The notes: generated from the letters alone by a model not told the origin. 64,000 nt of DNA from Syncephalis fuscata S228 (GCA_025786725.1 JAHLTZ010000010.1:1-64000), one strand, 5' to 3'. Counted from the stretch's first letter, positions 11,711 to 25,278 are shown. A program made the numbers and translations.

Positions 11711-14700
11711 CGAAAAGGAACATCAATAGCGGCGACATCAGGGGTAATGAGGCTTTGGATGATTTAAACCGTTGATCATTATTATGACACGGAGGAAGGC
11801 TGGGCAAGATGACCGTCACAAACAACAAGGCGGCAACCAAGCCTCGATTTTCTTGATCTACTTTGCTTGCCATGATTTAATTATTGGTTCACTGCGGCAC
11901 GTGTAGTGTTCATTCAAAATTCTCCTGCATGCACCTGAGCATCTTATCAGTAAGATCAGCTGGTTTAATCGGTTTGCTGCAATGAATAGCGTCGATTACA
12001 AACACCTGAAATTTCAATGATACGCATGTGTGTGGAGAACACAATTTGTACCTTTATGGTAATGATGTCACCCATTGCCAAATCTAACCGTGTGCAAATG
12101 GCCTCTCGGCATAGGCAAGAGAAATAGCCAAATAAAATATAGGCAATGAGGGCCAAGGCGTTCTGTTTGCCACGTTTTTTGTAGGTTCCGCCTATATTTC
12201 TGTACAATATTAGACGTCAAAAGACTTTCCTAATCGTCTATTGACCATATGCTTACACAGCCCCTCTCTTGGACATCGCTAATTTTTTTTAATTTATGCA
12301 AGGCCAAGTTTATTGAGAACACTGCGAGTTACAAACGTTCTGAAAATAAACAAACCGTCTCAGCTCAGAGATAATGTTTCAATTCTTTTCACTACTTTTG
12401 CTAGTGTGCTGACAGTCCTTACAAGTTCATTAATTTGCGCGAAACATGTTTACATCAGGGCTTAATCAATGGCATTTCCAGGTAGAGTTGTTGAGCGCAT
12501 CGTTTGAATGCGATGTCTATTTGTCTACCGCATAAGGAGTGTTGGGACCGATAATTATCGGACATCCTACACATGTTTTCGCATATCCTTATTAGCCAAA
12601 TGTCAACGCCAGTAACAATAACTACAACTAGTCAAGGAACTTGTTAAACAGGCATTAACTGGCTGCATGCAACTGGTTAGTAGAGCTAGCACTACAGGTA
12701 CTATTATTAAAACTGAATCAATGTAAGAGAATTGTTGCGGTAAAGGCACTGTGTCTATCAAATCAAAGCATGTGCTTGGGCATTAATTGGTTAAATGTTG
12801 TTATCGGTGACAAAGGATACCTGCAAGGTATATTCAGCATTAGCAGCAGCAGCACCAGCAGCAGCAATAGCAGGAGCGGCATGAACGCAGCAGCCGAAAC
12901 AATGACAGTGGGAATAGCTGCCACTCTGTTCCAGGCCTTTATCCGCGATTATTATCGTACAATAATAGTAATAGTTGTAATAAACATCTGTTTAATTTCC
13001 ATAACTTGTAACTACTCTTTGTAAAAATAGTTATTAAATTTTTCTTCACTTTGAATGGAAACTACGTGTAACCTAGTCACATTTCAATGGAACGTTCGTA
13101 TCAAACATTCGGAGGATTATAGCCTATGAGCGGAGTGATATGTGGCTGTGAATCCAATAGAGCGATGTAGTGCTGTCGTGAGAATGATGCTAATCAATTC
13201 GACAATACTGATGTTATTAGACAAAAAAGCAGGATAATCCATTATTAAAACAAGCAAGCCTACTGGACGATGGCATAGATATGGACAGTGAGTAAATTAG
13301 GAGGATGCATAGCATACGCGTGCCATATCAGTGTCTTGGGCATGGCGTGTGGTGGACCAGGAGGCACAACGGCGGAGGAGGCAACAGCAGCAGCAACATC
13401 AATTACAGCAGCATCAACAGACGATTGAGGCGTCCATGCGTTCGTGTGTACACATGTCCAAACCTCCCTTTTGCCCTTCGTCGTTGTCTCACACACACAA
13501 CTCGGACACACACACAGAGTTATGCCTAATACTCTCAGTTAGTTACAGCAAGGACACATGTGCCTAAAATCGGGGTAACCTTTCCTATCATCCCTCCTTC
13601 CAAACCGATAGCAGTGAAGGATGGGCGTGTAATAGTCAAGACGAGTAATAACCAGATATGGTTTAAAAGGCTCAAGTTAGTTGAGCAATTGATACTGTTT
13701 CCTATCCTTTTTAATACCACAATCAATAGGACAATTACCATTCTACTTACCATACTCAGTCTATTTACTATCCCCCACTACTACTACCCCCATCTGTTCA
13801 GCCACAGCACTAAGCGATTTTACCACAGGCCTGACTCGCAGTGCACTTTCTTTATTAACTATACTAGTATCAGTATTGTATTGCATTGTTTACGAGCGCG
13901 CGTAATATTCAGTAGTCGTTTGTATGTCCGGCAGGATAGTCGCTTATTGAGCGTTGCAAGATAAAATAAATACAAGTGGCATTCTTGGCCAATACAAGAC
14001 TTTATTTTCGCACAAGCGCGATTAATTAAGACTGTATTCTAATCGGTGTTGCGTGCATCTACAATATATTAAATACACATATATATATTTGGCGTAGCCA
14101 ACCAGATATAGAACATTGGTTTATATTGCTGGTTTTTACAAGAAAGAACATATTGTTGAAGGTAAGAATGAGTGATATGCAATCGGTGGGCGCACAAAGC
14201 GCGTTAGGATCACGCGTACAGCATGGCTAACGTCATTGTCCAAATGCCATAGTGCGTTTGCTCTGTTTGATACATTTAATTCATTAGCCGTGCCAAATTA
14301 ACATTAATATTATAGTGTTATTGATCTATTAGTTAATTACGCAGCACATTCTAAAAACCACTGCTGTTTTATCACATTACCTACTGCATTGCGCGTATAC
14401 CGGTAGTCTGCGTGCCAGTTCATAAGGTATGTAATGCAATGCTCGTGTGTTATATGTATCGACATTTGAATTGGCTACGGATGGTGCTGTTATTTCTTTG
14501 ATATGCAGATATGAGCGAACAACGTGTTGCTAGAGCAAATGACATTGATGGTAAAGTCATCACAGAATCAGTTTGCAGAATGCACTAAGCCTTATGACTT
14601 GCCTTGGGACCAACCATTATCAGGCTATTGAATCCCTGAATGCACCAGTGTTTCGTCTGGCACGAATTTCTCATTTCTGGTCTGTTGGGTGTGCCGCGCA

Positions 14701-16075
14701 CGCCCAAACGTCTGCCAGCCCTTAATCCACATTTCAATGTGCGCTTTTTCACTGTAGCGTCCATTATTTGGCTGTGAGCGTGTCATTGGTGCCATGAGCA
14801 TGGCCAATGAATCATGACTGCTGGTGTGTTAACTCGTTTTTGCTAATGGTTGCCCATTGTTGCTGTGATGGCAAAACGACGTCATCGCCACTCCATCCCC
14901 CTCGACTGCATACGCTGTGTGTACCGCGCTCGCCCATGCCATATCGTTCGTTGTTATCAGTTTTGCCGTGTATCATTCCACCTACCGTTCTTAATCGGGC
15001 ACTGGGTCTTTACACAGGCTTTTGATTGCAGCTGCCTTTTCCTCAAGTAATTTCATGCTTATTCCTGTTTTACTAAACACATACGGAGATTTCTTTTACT
15101 TTGTCGTTTCATTTTTATTTTTCCCATGTGGACTGGTGTCTACTGCATTCGGCGGATGGCCTAGTGAAAATGGTTAAATCTCCGCTTTTCTGTGTTTTAT
15201 TTTTTCAATAACATCTCACTATATTTATTCCTCAATCCTCAGTATCATTATTACTATCATCAGCAAACACACACACGCGTACTTGACTTTATCATTGCTT
15301 TAAATCTTGTCTGTCATTTATTACTTTATTGCTTTGGTCTTATTAGCCACATCTCAATATTCGATTTACTCCGGTATTTTTCTGTTGTTTATAAATACTC
15401 AGCTGTGCCACTTCTAGTCTTTGATTATCGATAACTGTGCTTTTTATTGCATGGATTTTTGCCAGCTCTTTATTTGGAAGAATTAGCTTCTTTTGGTGCA
15501 ACTCAGCATCATTAACAACAACCTTTACTCTCCGAGTGTCTCGTGGTTAATTGATCACATCGCAACAGAGTTTCAAAACAGCATCGCTGTTTGTGTCTAA
15601 ACGTGAAGGTTGCACTAGACAGTAATTACCATTGTCGTCATCACGCCCCTTCTCCTGTATATTTTTTCTTATCAAAGCGCTTGGCGAAGCTGAGTTGTTT
15701 TTGTTTAGACACGCTGCATCAGTAAATTCTCTCCCCTCTACTATTGCTATTGCTACTTAAAACAGCCAATTTCTCATCACTCGTAGAGATCCATCAAGTT
15801 GTTTTCTCCACCATTCAGCCGTATAGTCTTGTAGCCAATACTGGCTTACAACCAGTTATTTTCCCGCGTGGTTTTTATAACCGGGCTGTGTGTATTGGTT
15901 AAGCAGCTTACGATTGTTGGCCGTTGTTGATTATTTTGTGCGCCGGCCCGTACTCTACATCGTTTGCTTGTTCTTGCTTAACGACGGGGACGTTTCTTTA
16001 CCAACATTCGTTTATTCATTCCTAAAAAATTATTTTTATTAACGCCGGTCGCCCACATTTGCGCTTTACTTTAGA

Positions 16076-16852
16076 ATGCAATATTGCACACGTCGCTATC
16101 CTCACTCTACTAAAGTAGCCATGATGGTAATGGTTACTGCAACCAGGCCACGGCACATCAACAGCAGTGCAATCTGCCAAGGCTCCTGCCTTCGCAAATT
16201 GGCTGCACCGTGCCACCAGCGATCAAACGCTTCTCACTACTCGCTGCGTTTGCGTGGCCGTCATCTATTTGGTGTAACAAGCCACCAGCCAACCTGGCCA
16301 AACAGCACAAGCGACAATAGCTCAGCACATAACAACGAGGCGGTGGCTATTAAACCAACCATCACCGCCGCTATTGAGACGCAAATCATCCCAAGTCATG
16401 TCTCGGCGCCGGCGCCAGCGCGCATCGATGGTGTATTAAAACCAAAAAAAACTGTACGGTTTAGCCGATTTGAGCGTGTTTTCGAGGCTCACTCTCCAAG
16501 CGACTACGATCGCTCCTCAATCGCCCCACGCTATGAAGCATTGCTTACCTGGCGTCGTATATCTAATATGACGCGAATAAACGGTGGCAGCTGCCCTACA
16601 CCTCAATTAATCTCACCTTTGGTGGGACAGCCTATTGTAGTTGTTGATAGTAGTGCAGATATTAAAATGGCACCAGTTATTGGACATGGTGCTGATTTAC
16701 ACATGCTAACTGAGAAGACTACTGTGTATTCTTCTCATACACCTTTGCCATTAAACGAGCCATCGGCTGCCGTTTGGCCTTACAGCAACATAAATGTCAC
16801 CACACCCACTACAACTACTACCCATGTACGTTCAGCTGTTATGCAGCGCTAA
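16076..16852 (+). CDS. Intronless, mostly disordered protein with a PP1-docking motif (Bni4/spinophilin-type RVxF..DYDR)
   Basis: 258-codon GC-richer ORF in AT-rich surroundings. Contains LKPKKTVRFSRFERVFEAHSPSDYDRS. Start codon uncertain. Confidence 0.6.
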   Translation: MQYCTRRYPHSTKVAMMVMVTATRPRHINSSAICQGSCLRKLAAPCHQRSNASHYSLRLRGRHLFGVTSHQPTWPNSTSDNSSAHNNEAVAIKPTITAAIETQIIPSHVSAPAPARIDGVLKPKKTVRFSRFERVFEAHSPSDYDRSSIAPRYEALLTWRRISNMTRINGGSCPTPQLISPLVGQPIVVVDSSADIKMAPVIGHGADLHMLTEKTTVYSSHTPLPLNEPSAAVWPYSNINVTTPTTTTTHVRSAVMQR

Positions 16853-17711
16853 ATCCTACATGGCTACAATCCAATGGACGCCACCGTGATCCATTCTTTC
16901 AATTTACGACCCATTCCTTACGCCAATATTTTCACTCCTTAGATTAACTGGAGTATTTTTGCTTTTTATTGTACCATCCTTCAATTGTTGTTGAGTAATA
17001 TTGCCTATCTGTTGCATTATTTTCCTATTCCCCTTTTATTGTATTGCTGCAAGCTTCGCGCTTGAATGGTACTTGTTGCCATCACGGTAGAACCGAGCAA
17101 TGCCGGCTCACTTTTTTGCCCCGACATTGCTTGGATCTACTCCAGGTCTTTTTACCTTTATTTTATTTAGACTACTATCGGTGTTAATCGATGACCAACC
17201 CTTTTGCTGCTGATCGATCGAACGGGACATCGGCCAATGCAACGAATAATTTTTCAGTGCTCGGCCTCTCTGCACAAGTCGGTCACTTTGACCATTCGCT
17301 TCTACGTGACTTACGATCATCAATGTCAAACTATTTTTTAGTTTTTCTTATACGCACACGTGTTCTCATATTTACTAATTGGCTGCTTTTTGCTGGCCCT
17401 TTAGTAACCATAATGTTTCAACGATTTGTGTTCGGTATGCAATAAATCTAGACGATTTAAAATAATTTTATTTATTTATTAATATATAATAACTTGTATG
17501 TAAAACAGTATTATAAGCACATTTAACTGATTAATTAATAATGTCAACTTGTATTAATAAAGCTGTGTATATTGTTAATCATTTGGTGCTACATATTATG
17601 TGGTTATTTACAGGACAAAATAAATTAGCGATTAGTCTGTGCTAGATTTATAAATATTAATTATTATTGTTTTGAAGCCATTGTACTTTGATTTCCACAC
17701 CTTTTTTAATA

Positions 17712-18320
17712 CTTTTAGACACAATTAAACATTCATTCATTCCTATAACATGTAAACATTACATCCAACATTAACTAACTCATGTGTAATTATGAATACA
17801 GTAATGTAATTAGTTAGCTATCTTTGTTATGGTTTTAATATATATATATATATTGTCATTATGATATTAATTGTTCAAATGGCATTTATTTAGTTAGATT
17901 GACTATAAGAAGATGACTGTTTAATAAACAACATCTATACTAATTATATTAATATTGATCTTACATCATAAATATGCCCAAAATGCAATAATAAAATATT
18001 AGAAAATAAAAAAGGCTATTTAAATGCAATAATCCATGCTGTACATAGATGCAATAACAATCAATGTGGAATGACATGGAATTGCAATTATATGGCTTCT
18101 ATTAATATTCAATCAATCTTTCTACACGTGGCCAACAACAATAATGATCAGCCTCAAATGCTCCAAAGAAATCAAATAGTATGTTACATTATTTATTTAA
18201 ATTAATTTATTAACAATATTTTAATAGGAAGTAGTATAATTGTGATGTATATAACAGCATAACTTCCATTGAAACAAATTTTGCTTTGGGATTCAACATG
18301 TGAGAGTCAAAGTACGATTC
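17712..18320. repeat. Dispersed repeat family B, copy 1
   Basis: 17712-18202 is a close inverted match of 44344-44830. 18100-18320 is a direct, more diverged match of 32865-33085. Confidence 0.9.
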
Positions 18321-19326
18321 TGCCATTTTGATTATGAGTATTGCTAAATAAAATTATATTAATAGATCTAGCAAGGAAAACGCATATTTATCAATCATTG
18401 TCTAAACGCTTTATTTAACAGTAAGCAAATACGATAAATGCAAAAACATTGCTATTATTACTAATATATATATATCATAATTTGAGCAAAGTTGAAAATA
18501 GATTATAAACAAGCCGCCAAGTATAAACATCACAAAATTATAATTAAAGCGGTTATACTAAATTAATATTTAGAATTGATATTAAATTAAAAATTAATTA
18601 CGTAAATCCAATAAATAATTTAACTAAAAGCATGTTCAAACGTAAATTTAATATTACAACAATTAATCGAACCTTTTAAATTCTAAACAACCATAATTTA
18701 AATATCAATTTAAGATTTTAAAGCAAATCCAATGATCATGGCGACTTATATTCAATTTTAACTCACTTGTAATAATAATATTATAAATACTGAAATTGGA
18801 GCCGTTTGAACAGCTATTTCAAGTTACCAAAATTTGAGCCATGCATGGTAGCATCGTAATAATTGAAAAATACAAACTGCTGAGCTTGAATATTTGCTTT
18901 TTGGTTGGTCAAGAAAATTGCTTACGTCAGAATGTTCAGGTTGCAATCAAGATTGGTTACAAACAACAAAAATGTAAATTAAATATTGCCGTATTCACTA
19001 AGCGCTAAATCTGCTCTACAATAGTGCCTAAATGCAACGTAAACTATAAATTGTTAATACTGCTTATATTATTTAAAATAATATATCTATGATGGCGATT
19101 TGAAATAGTAACTACGATGATGTTCATTAAAACTATCTATGGTTAGTTTATCGACAGGAAGGCCTGATGTAAAGTTAATGGCTTAAAGTGCACCTATAAA
19201 GCATGAAGCTTACTCATTAAGTAATAAAATCAAGAAAACAAATTAAAAACGGTTTAAAAGCTTGAGAATCAATGTAAAAAGTTCTAAGAATAGAATATAC
19301 AAAAAGTAAGTATATATATGCTGGCA

Positions 19327-20283
19327 TTATAGCCAATCAATCACTTGCACAGCTGACGTTACGGAAACGCCGGTGCCTTCATCCGGCTCTGTAGCATATC
19401 TAGAAATGCTAAGATCCCGCTCAATTAGCATGACAAAGCGACGAAACCGCTTTCGTGCACCCATGATGCCATCCGACATATCGATGGACATGCTAAGTCG
19501 ACGGCAAAGTTCACCATTTCCGTCACTGGCCAGCGTGATTTGAACGGGTTTACCTGCAAGATTATATTGTTCACTCCATGCATTCATCACAAAAATATCC
19601 TCTGTAGCAACGCCAACAATCTTATTAATTCCGCGCTCCTTTAGAAGTGGAACAGCACGAATAAATGAATCCATATGATCGTTACAATCGGGCGAAAAAG
19701 GACATGGCACGCCAAAAAGCAACGTGCGCTGGCCGGCCAATTCACGATGTAATGGACGGATAGAAACGGCTAAAAGCTCGGACATTGAGTTCCAAGGAAT
19801 ATTTGGATTGGGAGGCACTAGAAATCGCAAGGTGATATCTGGTAGCCGCGGCCTATTTTCAAGTATAGGAATGGCAGCAGAACCATTTCCTTCAAGTACT
19901 AGTATCTCTTCTGGTTTACTGATTGATGGTTTAAACGAAACACGTCGATGAGGGGATAATAAAGGGCTGCCACCCTCTCCTGTTCCCGGCGCTGGTTTGC
20001 GTATATGTATCGAAAGCGGCCGTAAAACTCTTGGAGGAGGAGGAGGCGGCATTCGTTTGGCATTGGGAGATCGCGGAGGCCCGCTGTAACTTTCGGGACG
20101 ACGACTTGATTTACCATCTGAACGATGACTTGATTTACCATCTGGACGATGACTTGATTTACTATCTGAACGATGGTGTGGTTTATCACGGCTACTATGA
20201 CTACTACGATGGCTAGCACGATGAGAAGAATGGCGCCTGCTTTCTTTGTCAACCGCAATGGTATGGCGTCTTGCACTAGACAT
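19327..20283 (-). CDS. Divergent intronless Prx5/Ahp1-like peroxiredoxin with a long basic N-terminal extension
   Basis: The C-terminal half has FGVPCPFSPDC (canonical PGAFTPTC), DIFVMNAW, LASDGNGE and RFRRFVMLIE. Likely start is MSSARRHT at 20283. Confidence 0.82.
   Translation of the reverse strand: MSSARRHTIAVDKESRRHSSHRASHRSSHSSRDKPHHRSDSKSSHRPDGKSSHRSDGKSSRRPESYSGPPRSPNAKRMPPPPPPRVLRPLSIHIRKPAPGTGEGGSPLLSPHRRVSFKPSISKPEEILVLEGNGSAAIPILENRPRLPDITLRFLVPPNPNIPWNSMSELLAVSIRPLHRELAGQRTLLFGVPCPFSPDCNDHMDSFIRAVPLLKERGINKIVGVATEDIFVMNAWSEQYNLAGKPVQITLASDGNGELCRRLSMSIDMSDGIMGARKRFRRFVMLIERDLSISRYATEPDEGTGVSVTSAVQVIDWL
20098..20175. repeat. 24-bp coding tandem repeat x3 (HR[SP]D[GS]KSS)
   Basis: Unit GATGACTTGATTTACCATCTG(A/G)AC repeated in the N-terminal extension of the Prx paralog. 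Confidence 0.85.
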
Positions 20284-22205
20284 CTTGTTACTGGGTTTAA
20301 CAACCAGTCCAACTAGATTTAAATGTGGATTTACACTATATAAAACACAAAATAATTGATAAATAATGTTAGTTTGCGCATTGGTTGAGTTATTATAAAT
20401 TAACACAGTCTATAAGGGGTATTTTACAAAAGCTTATTTACTAGTTTTAGCATGCCGACAGCACTGCCCGTGCTCATAACCGGTTGCACTTTTTACTTTT
20501 TAATAGTATTTATAATTTAATTTATGGCGCAAACAAACTAGATAGCTGTTTAAAGTTACCTACATAATTGCTAAGTATCGGATTATGTTCCTAGGGACTA
20601 AAAAATAAAGCAACCAACCACAGCTTTAGAGCCGCAGAGGGTGTATAATAAAGTATTTTTAAGCAAAAAACACCGGCCTTTAAAGCATTAGTAGCTCTAT
20701 ATACGTAGTTTAGAAAATACAGAGAAGCACAAAATATAAGATAAGTACCGCTCAACGATAGTGGTAGAAGAGAGAAAAGGGAAAAGTTGCGGAAAGTGCG
20801 TATGCGTCGATGCATTACGTTCGGTGGCTATTATGTTCGACAACCGGGATTATTCAACAAGGGCCTAATTGCAACGTGACAATGAATTATGTCGATGGTG
20901 GCTAAGAACAAAACGCGCGGATGGTTCATGATTCAGGTGCCTGCCATAATGGTATCTTTCTGCATTTTTTATTTAGGTTAAAGCCGTAGAAAATGATAGG
21001 AGAAATAGGACTTATTTAGGCGTAATTTTATAGTAACGCAAAGTTGGAATAAACAATGGCTAGATAACACTGTAAATTCTAGAGCAGTTTTATATTATTA
21101 CTAATAACAACATTATAAATTAAACAGCTACTAGTTAATGTAGCTATAATGTGATTCAGCTGAATTATTCAGATAATGTTGAAAATGATTTGGGAAGCAT
21201 AGTCCTGCACATAGGCATGGCCGCACACACAGTACACAGTACATACAGCCCAGATAACATACATATACATCGTTCATATGGCTGCACGCCTATATACACA
21301 CGCGCATTCGTGTTTTGCGCTCGCACAAACGAATAGCCGGCCGGCATATTGATGAATCGCGCAATGAAATATATTGTTGTGCGCGTGATCAATAAGATAT
21401 TGTTGCCGCAGAGTGTTGTTAATCTGCAAGTAGCAGCATGCACGGTCGGTTGTAGATGTCAACGGCAATGTGAGCTGAAATGCGGAACCAAAGTTATACA
21501 ACATCACGAGCAAGCAGATACTTTATTGGTAGAAGTCAGGCGTGAAGCGCAACCTAGGAACATGCAGCGAACAACAAAGGCATCGTAGAATTGCACCATG
21601 AGGGTCATAGCCACCTCATTTGAACAGTAGCAACTGCATTAAAATGTAGTGAAACAGAGGGGACCAACATGCGTGTGCATATACAACTCGTTACTAGAAG
21701 GAGCCGGCAAATCGGACGTGCCCACGCGGTCTAAATAACATGTTCTTGTCAGGACAATTCACTGTGCGACACATTAATTCATTATGATTTTGATATTTTG
21801 ATTATACGCCGGAATCAGATTTGGTACCGCTGTAAATCGGGTAGTACAGTTCTTATGGTGACTTTAAGCAATAACGCCATCCGCGTGTTGTGTAAAAATA
21901 TTTTTCACGCTATGGACATTACTACACGACGAGCCCGGGTAACGACTGTACCGTACCGCATGCGTGTACAAACATATTGCCCAATAAAGTGCTACGTAAA
22001 TCAAATTGAAACTGTTTAATTCCAAATCAGAAATGGAGTGCTGATGACGTATTTATCAAATTATACGCTCGGCCTTTTATTACCGCGCCTCTCCTTATCT
22101 GTCCACACTTTAAAGCTTACTGTTTATTTTTCCTTCACTGCTGTCTACTGCTACTACTAGCACTTATACCAATCTTTTGTTTTTCAACAACAACAACAGT
22201 TTACG

Positions 22206-23135
22206 ATGGTATATATATATAATAAAATGGTTTATTAATAGCGCTTTTTATTAACAGTTTATATAGGTTATCAAGGTAGGCGACTCATTGCCAAGTGCTA
22301 CACTCAAGTACGCCAAGTACGACAGCGAGAATCCCACAGCATGCAGCATGCCATTATCTCTCGAGACAACAGAGTGTAAGCTGTTATATACAACATATAA
22401 GAGTTGAAGATAATTATACTAATATTTATTATTTATACAGTCTTTAAGGGAAAAAAGGCGGTGATTTTTGCCGTGCCTGGTGAGTTGATTAAATAGTCAC
22501 AGATTGGATTACTAATCTCTGTTGTATTAATAGGTGCTTTCACGCCTACATGCAGTGTAAACCATCTGCCAGGCTTTCTAGAGCACTACCATGAGCTCAA
22601 GGATAAGAACATCGATGTCATTGCTTGCCTAGCTACCAAGTAAGTTGTACAAATCATACATCATGTAGTGAAACATGTTCTAACTGATTTGTTTAATAGT
22701 GATGTGTTGTAAGTGGCAGGTTAAACAAGAAAAATAAAGTTTATAATAAATATTACACATTTAGTGTCATGGATGCTTGGGGCAAGAACCAAAAGGTGGA
22801 CGATAAGATTGTAAGTGAATTGTAACCTGGTTATGTTTAGCTATGACTAATAAAACATATTTATTTTATAGCTAATGCTTAGCGATGGTAATGGCCAATT
22901 CTGCGAAGAACTCGGACTTAACCAAGGTACATTTACACAAAAGGCTAGTTTAATATTTTACACTGACCACTGGTTCATTACACACATTCTAGATCTTACT
23001 CGTGCTGCTATGGGAGCCCATCGTGCCCAGCGCTTTGCCTTGATTGTCGATGACTTGAAAGTAACCTACGTGGGCGTCGAGGCCGGCCCTGGTGTCAGCG
23101 TGAGCGGTGCCGAAGCTGTATTAGCTCATTTGTAG
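22206..23135 (+). CDS. AHP1: Prx5-type peroxiredoxin (Ahp1/Pmp20), 8 exons, PTS1 -AHL
   Basis: MVIKVGDSLP...ACSMP...FAVPGAFTPTCSVNHLPG...NDVFVMDAW...LSDGNG...RAQRFALIVDD...VLAHL*. ATG-only first coding exon and a 9-nt microexon at 22700-22708. Confidence 0.93.
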
Positions 23136-23216
23136 GATGAATTGCTTGAATGATGCGCAATACTGGACTTTGGTCTTAATAAACGGTGATTTTTCATTGA
23201 TTTACGAATTTGTTTA

Positions 23217-25024
23217 TTATAAAGACCAAATTAACATACGACCACTGGCCGTGCCTCCTACAACTGCATGCATAGAAGGATGAGCTACTGCTACAGCAGG
23301 CACGGCTGTCAGTATTAATGGAGCCGTCAAACTCCAAACAAGCTCGCCAGTTATGCCTGAAAACATATCGATCGAACGACGCATGTTGCCAATAAGAAAT
23401 GAAGGATGATCTCGTTCATGTTGAATCCAATTAGCTCGTAGCATAGTGACCCATCTATACATATACATATAATCTTAATTTACAATACTTATTATATGCA
23501 AATAGCTCACCTTCCTGTCTGACAGTTATGCCTTATTTTAATCGGCGATTTAAGCGATGGCGTTGATTTAGTTTTAGTATCGAATATCCGTAATGTATCA
23601 TCGTAGCTTGAGGAAACAAGTTGGCTACCGTCGGCTGACCAGTAAGCCGATGTTACACTTTTACCATGAGCAAATTCCGATACAGCTTCTATCGATGTGG
23701 TATCCAATAGTTTCCGCGTATCCCATATGCGTAGCGTACGATCTAATGATGCAGTTGAAATATAGTGTGTTTTGTCTGCACCTGGATTCATACTAATACA
23801 GCCAATCTTCTTTTCTAATAGTGGATACATAGCCGTACTTGAATTGCTTCTCATTCGTGTATCGCAACGACCAACACGTCCATCGTTTGTGCTGAACCAT
23901 ATAATGTTTGCGTTAACAGGATCAATGTCTACGCTGCCAATTAATAATTCGCGTGGATCTTCCGAATTTGGCGTGGGCTCATAGCGATAAGCTTCAAGAA
24001 ATCGTTGGGCCGCCATATCCAAATAACGAATGGTGCCATCGTAACTTGATGTAAATAAACGCGAACCATCTGGTGTGTATTTCATCGCAGGCAATGTGCC
24101 GGCATGTGCCGTATACGTATAGACTGGATCAGGCCGGTCTTCCGTCTCTTCTGTGGCTGCATCGCCATCATCATCAATGGATTTTTCAACTAATTATTAT
24201 TAAATTGATTATTAATACCGGTTATAATTATTAATAGCAGCATTACCTTTAACATTTCGTTTATGGCCTCTTGAATGTAACGAACCTGGCCTGCTTTTAG
24301 CTGCAGAGTTGTGCAATAATTTATCATTTTCCTTATCATTATTTTCTTCCTTTTTAGCTGTAATAAAATTGCTTTGCTGTTGACCGGCATTACTAAGTGT
24401 TGCACCAGCATCCCAAAAGCCTAATGTACCAGATTTATCGCCAGCTGCAACCAATAGTTGGCGACTAGGATGGAATGCCGCACAGTATATCCGCTCTGGT
24501 GTTACTTTAACTGTGCCTTCGTCGTCATGATGGACACGTAGTTGCGAGAAAGTTTCACGCAGTTGTGCTACATCGTGCGCTGTTGCTTTGTCGACCTTTC
24601 CCTGTGGTCCTAAACCGGCCTCAACAATACTTTCTAGTAGTTGGGCAAAGTGCGCCTGTCCACCTCGGCCCGAAACGTCGGCCGCCTCAACTAGTGCGAT
24701 ATTATCCTCAATACGTTCGCGGTGACGAGCGCTAAATCTCTCCGGTGCAGGCGAAGGCTCTGGTGAGCCCATTGCAAGCATTTCCTTGGTTAGCTTTGGT
24801 GTTTCGCCACGTAGTCGAGCTGATTTCCTAATAGGTGGTTTATCTTCGGTTCGTGTCTTTCTCTTTACTGTGGGCGACCGTTGTGATGCAGCTGGTTTGC
24901 GTTTTTCCACTAGAGGAGGCGCGGCCACTGACGGAATATTTAACGATGCCAACACCTCTTGATTACGACGAATATTCTCAAGACGTGCCAGCTCATACTC
25001 GCTAAGACTGTTGTTAGTCGCCAT
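23217..25024 (-). CDS. CMR1: WD40 DNA-damage-binding protein Cmr1/WDR76, 3 exons
   Basis: SEYELARLENIRRN, RKSARLRG, VKVTPERIY...AGDKSGTLGFWD and HNCQTGRWVT. Introns 24190-24246 and 23455-23510. Confidence 0.93.
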
Positions 25025-25278
25025 GGCAGTAATACGACGTAATAATACAATATTTTAAAATATTAAAAAGCTAAAATGTTGTAAAATTGTAAAAAAACTA
25101 AATAAAATAAAAAAATTAATTGACACTAAGTTAATATTATAAAATATTTTATGGCATTTGTTATTATACATTTTTTAGTTTACAAGTGTAGTATTACTGT
25201 TATGTCATCAACTAATAATAAACAGTGAATTTCTTAAAATGATGTATTTATTTACGTAAAAAACGATAATCAATAATA

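Noticed and set aside
12770-13567. Poly-Q and poly-S ORFs
   Set aside because: Translations of CAG microsatellites with no other coding signal.
22540-22560. Possible selenocysteine peroxiredoxin, since some early-diverging fungi use Sec
   Set aside because: Both Prx active sites use Cys codons, and no in-frame TGA was seen at the catalytic position.
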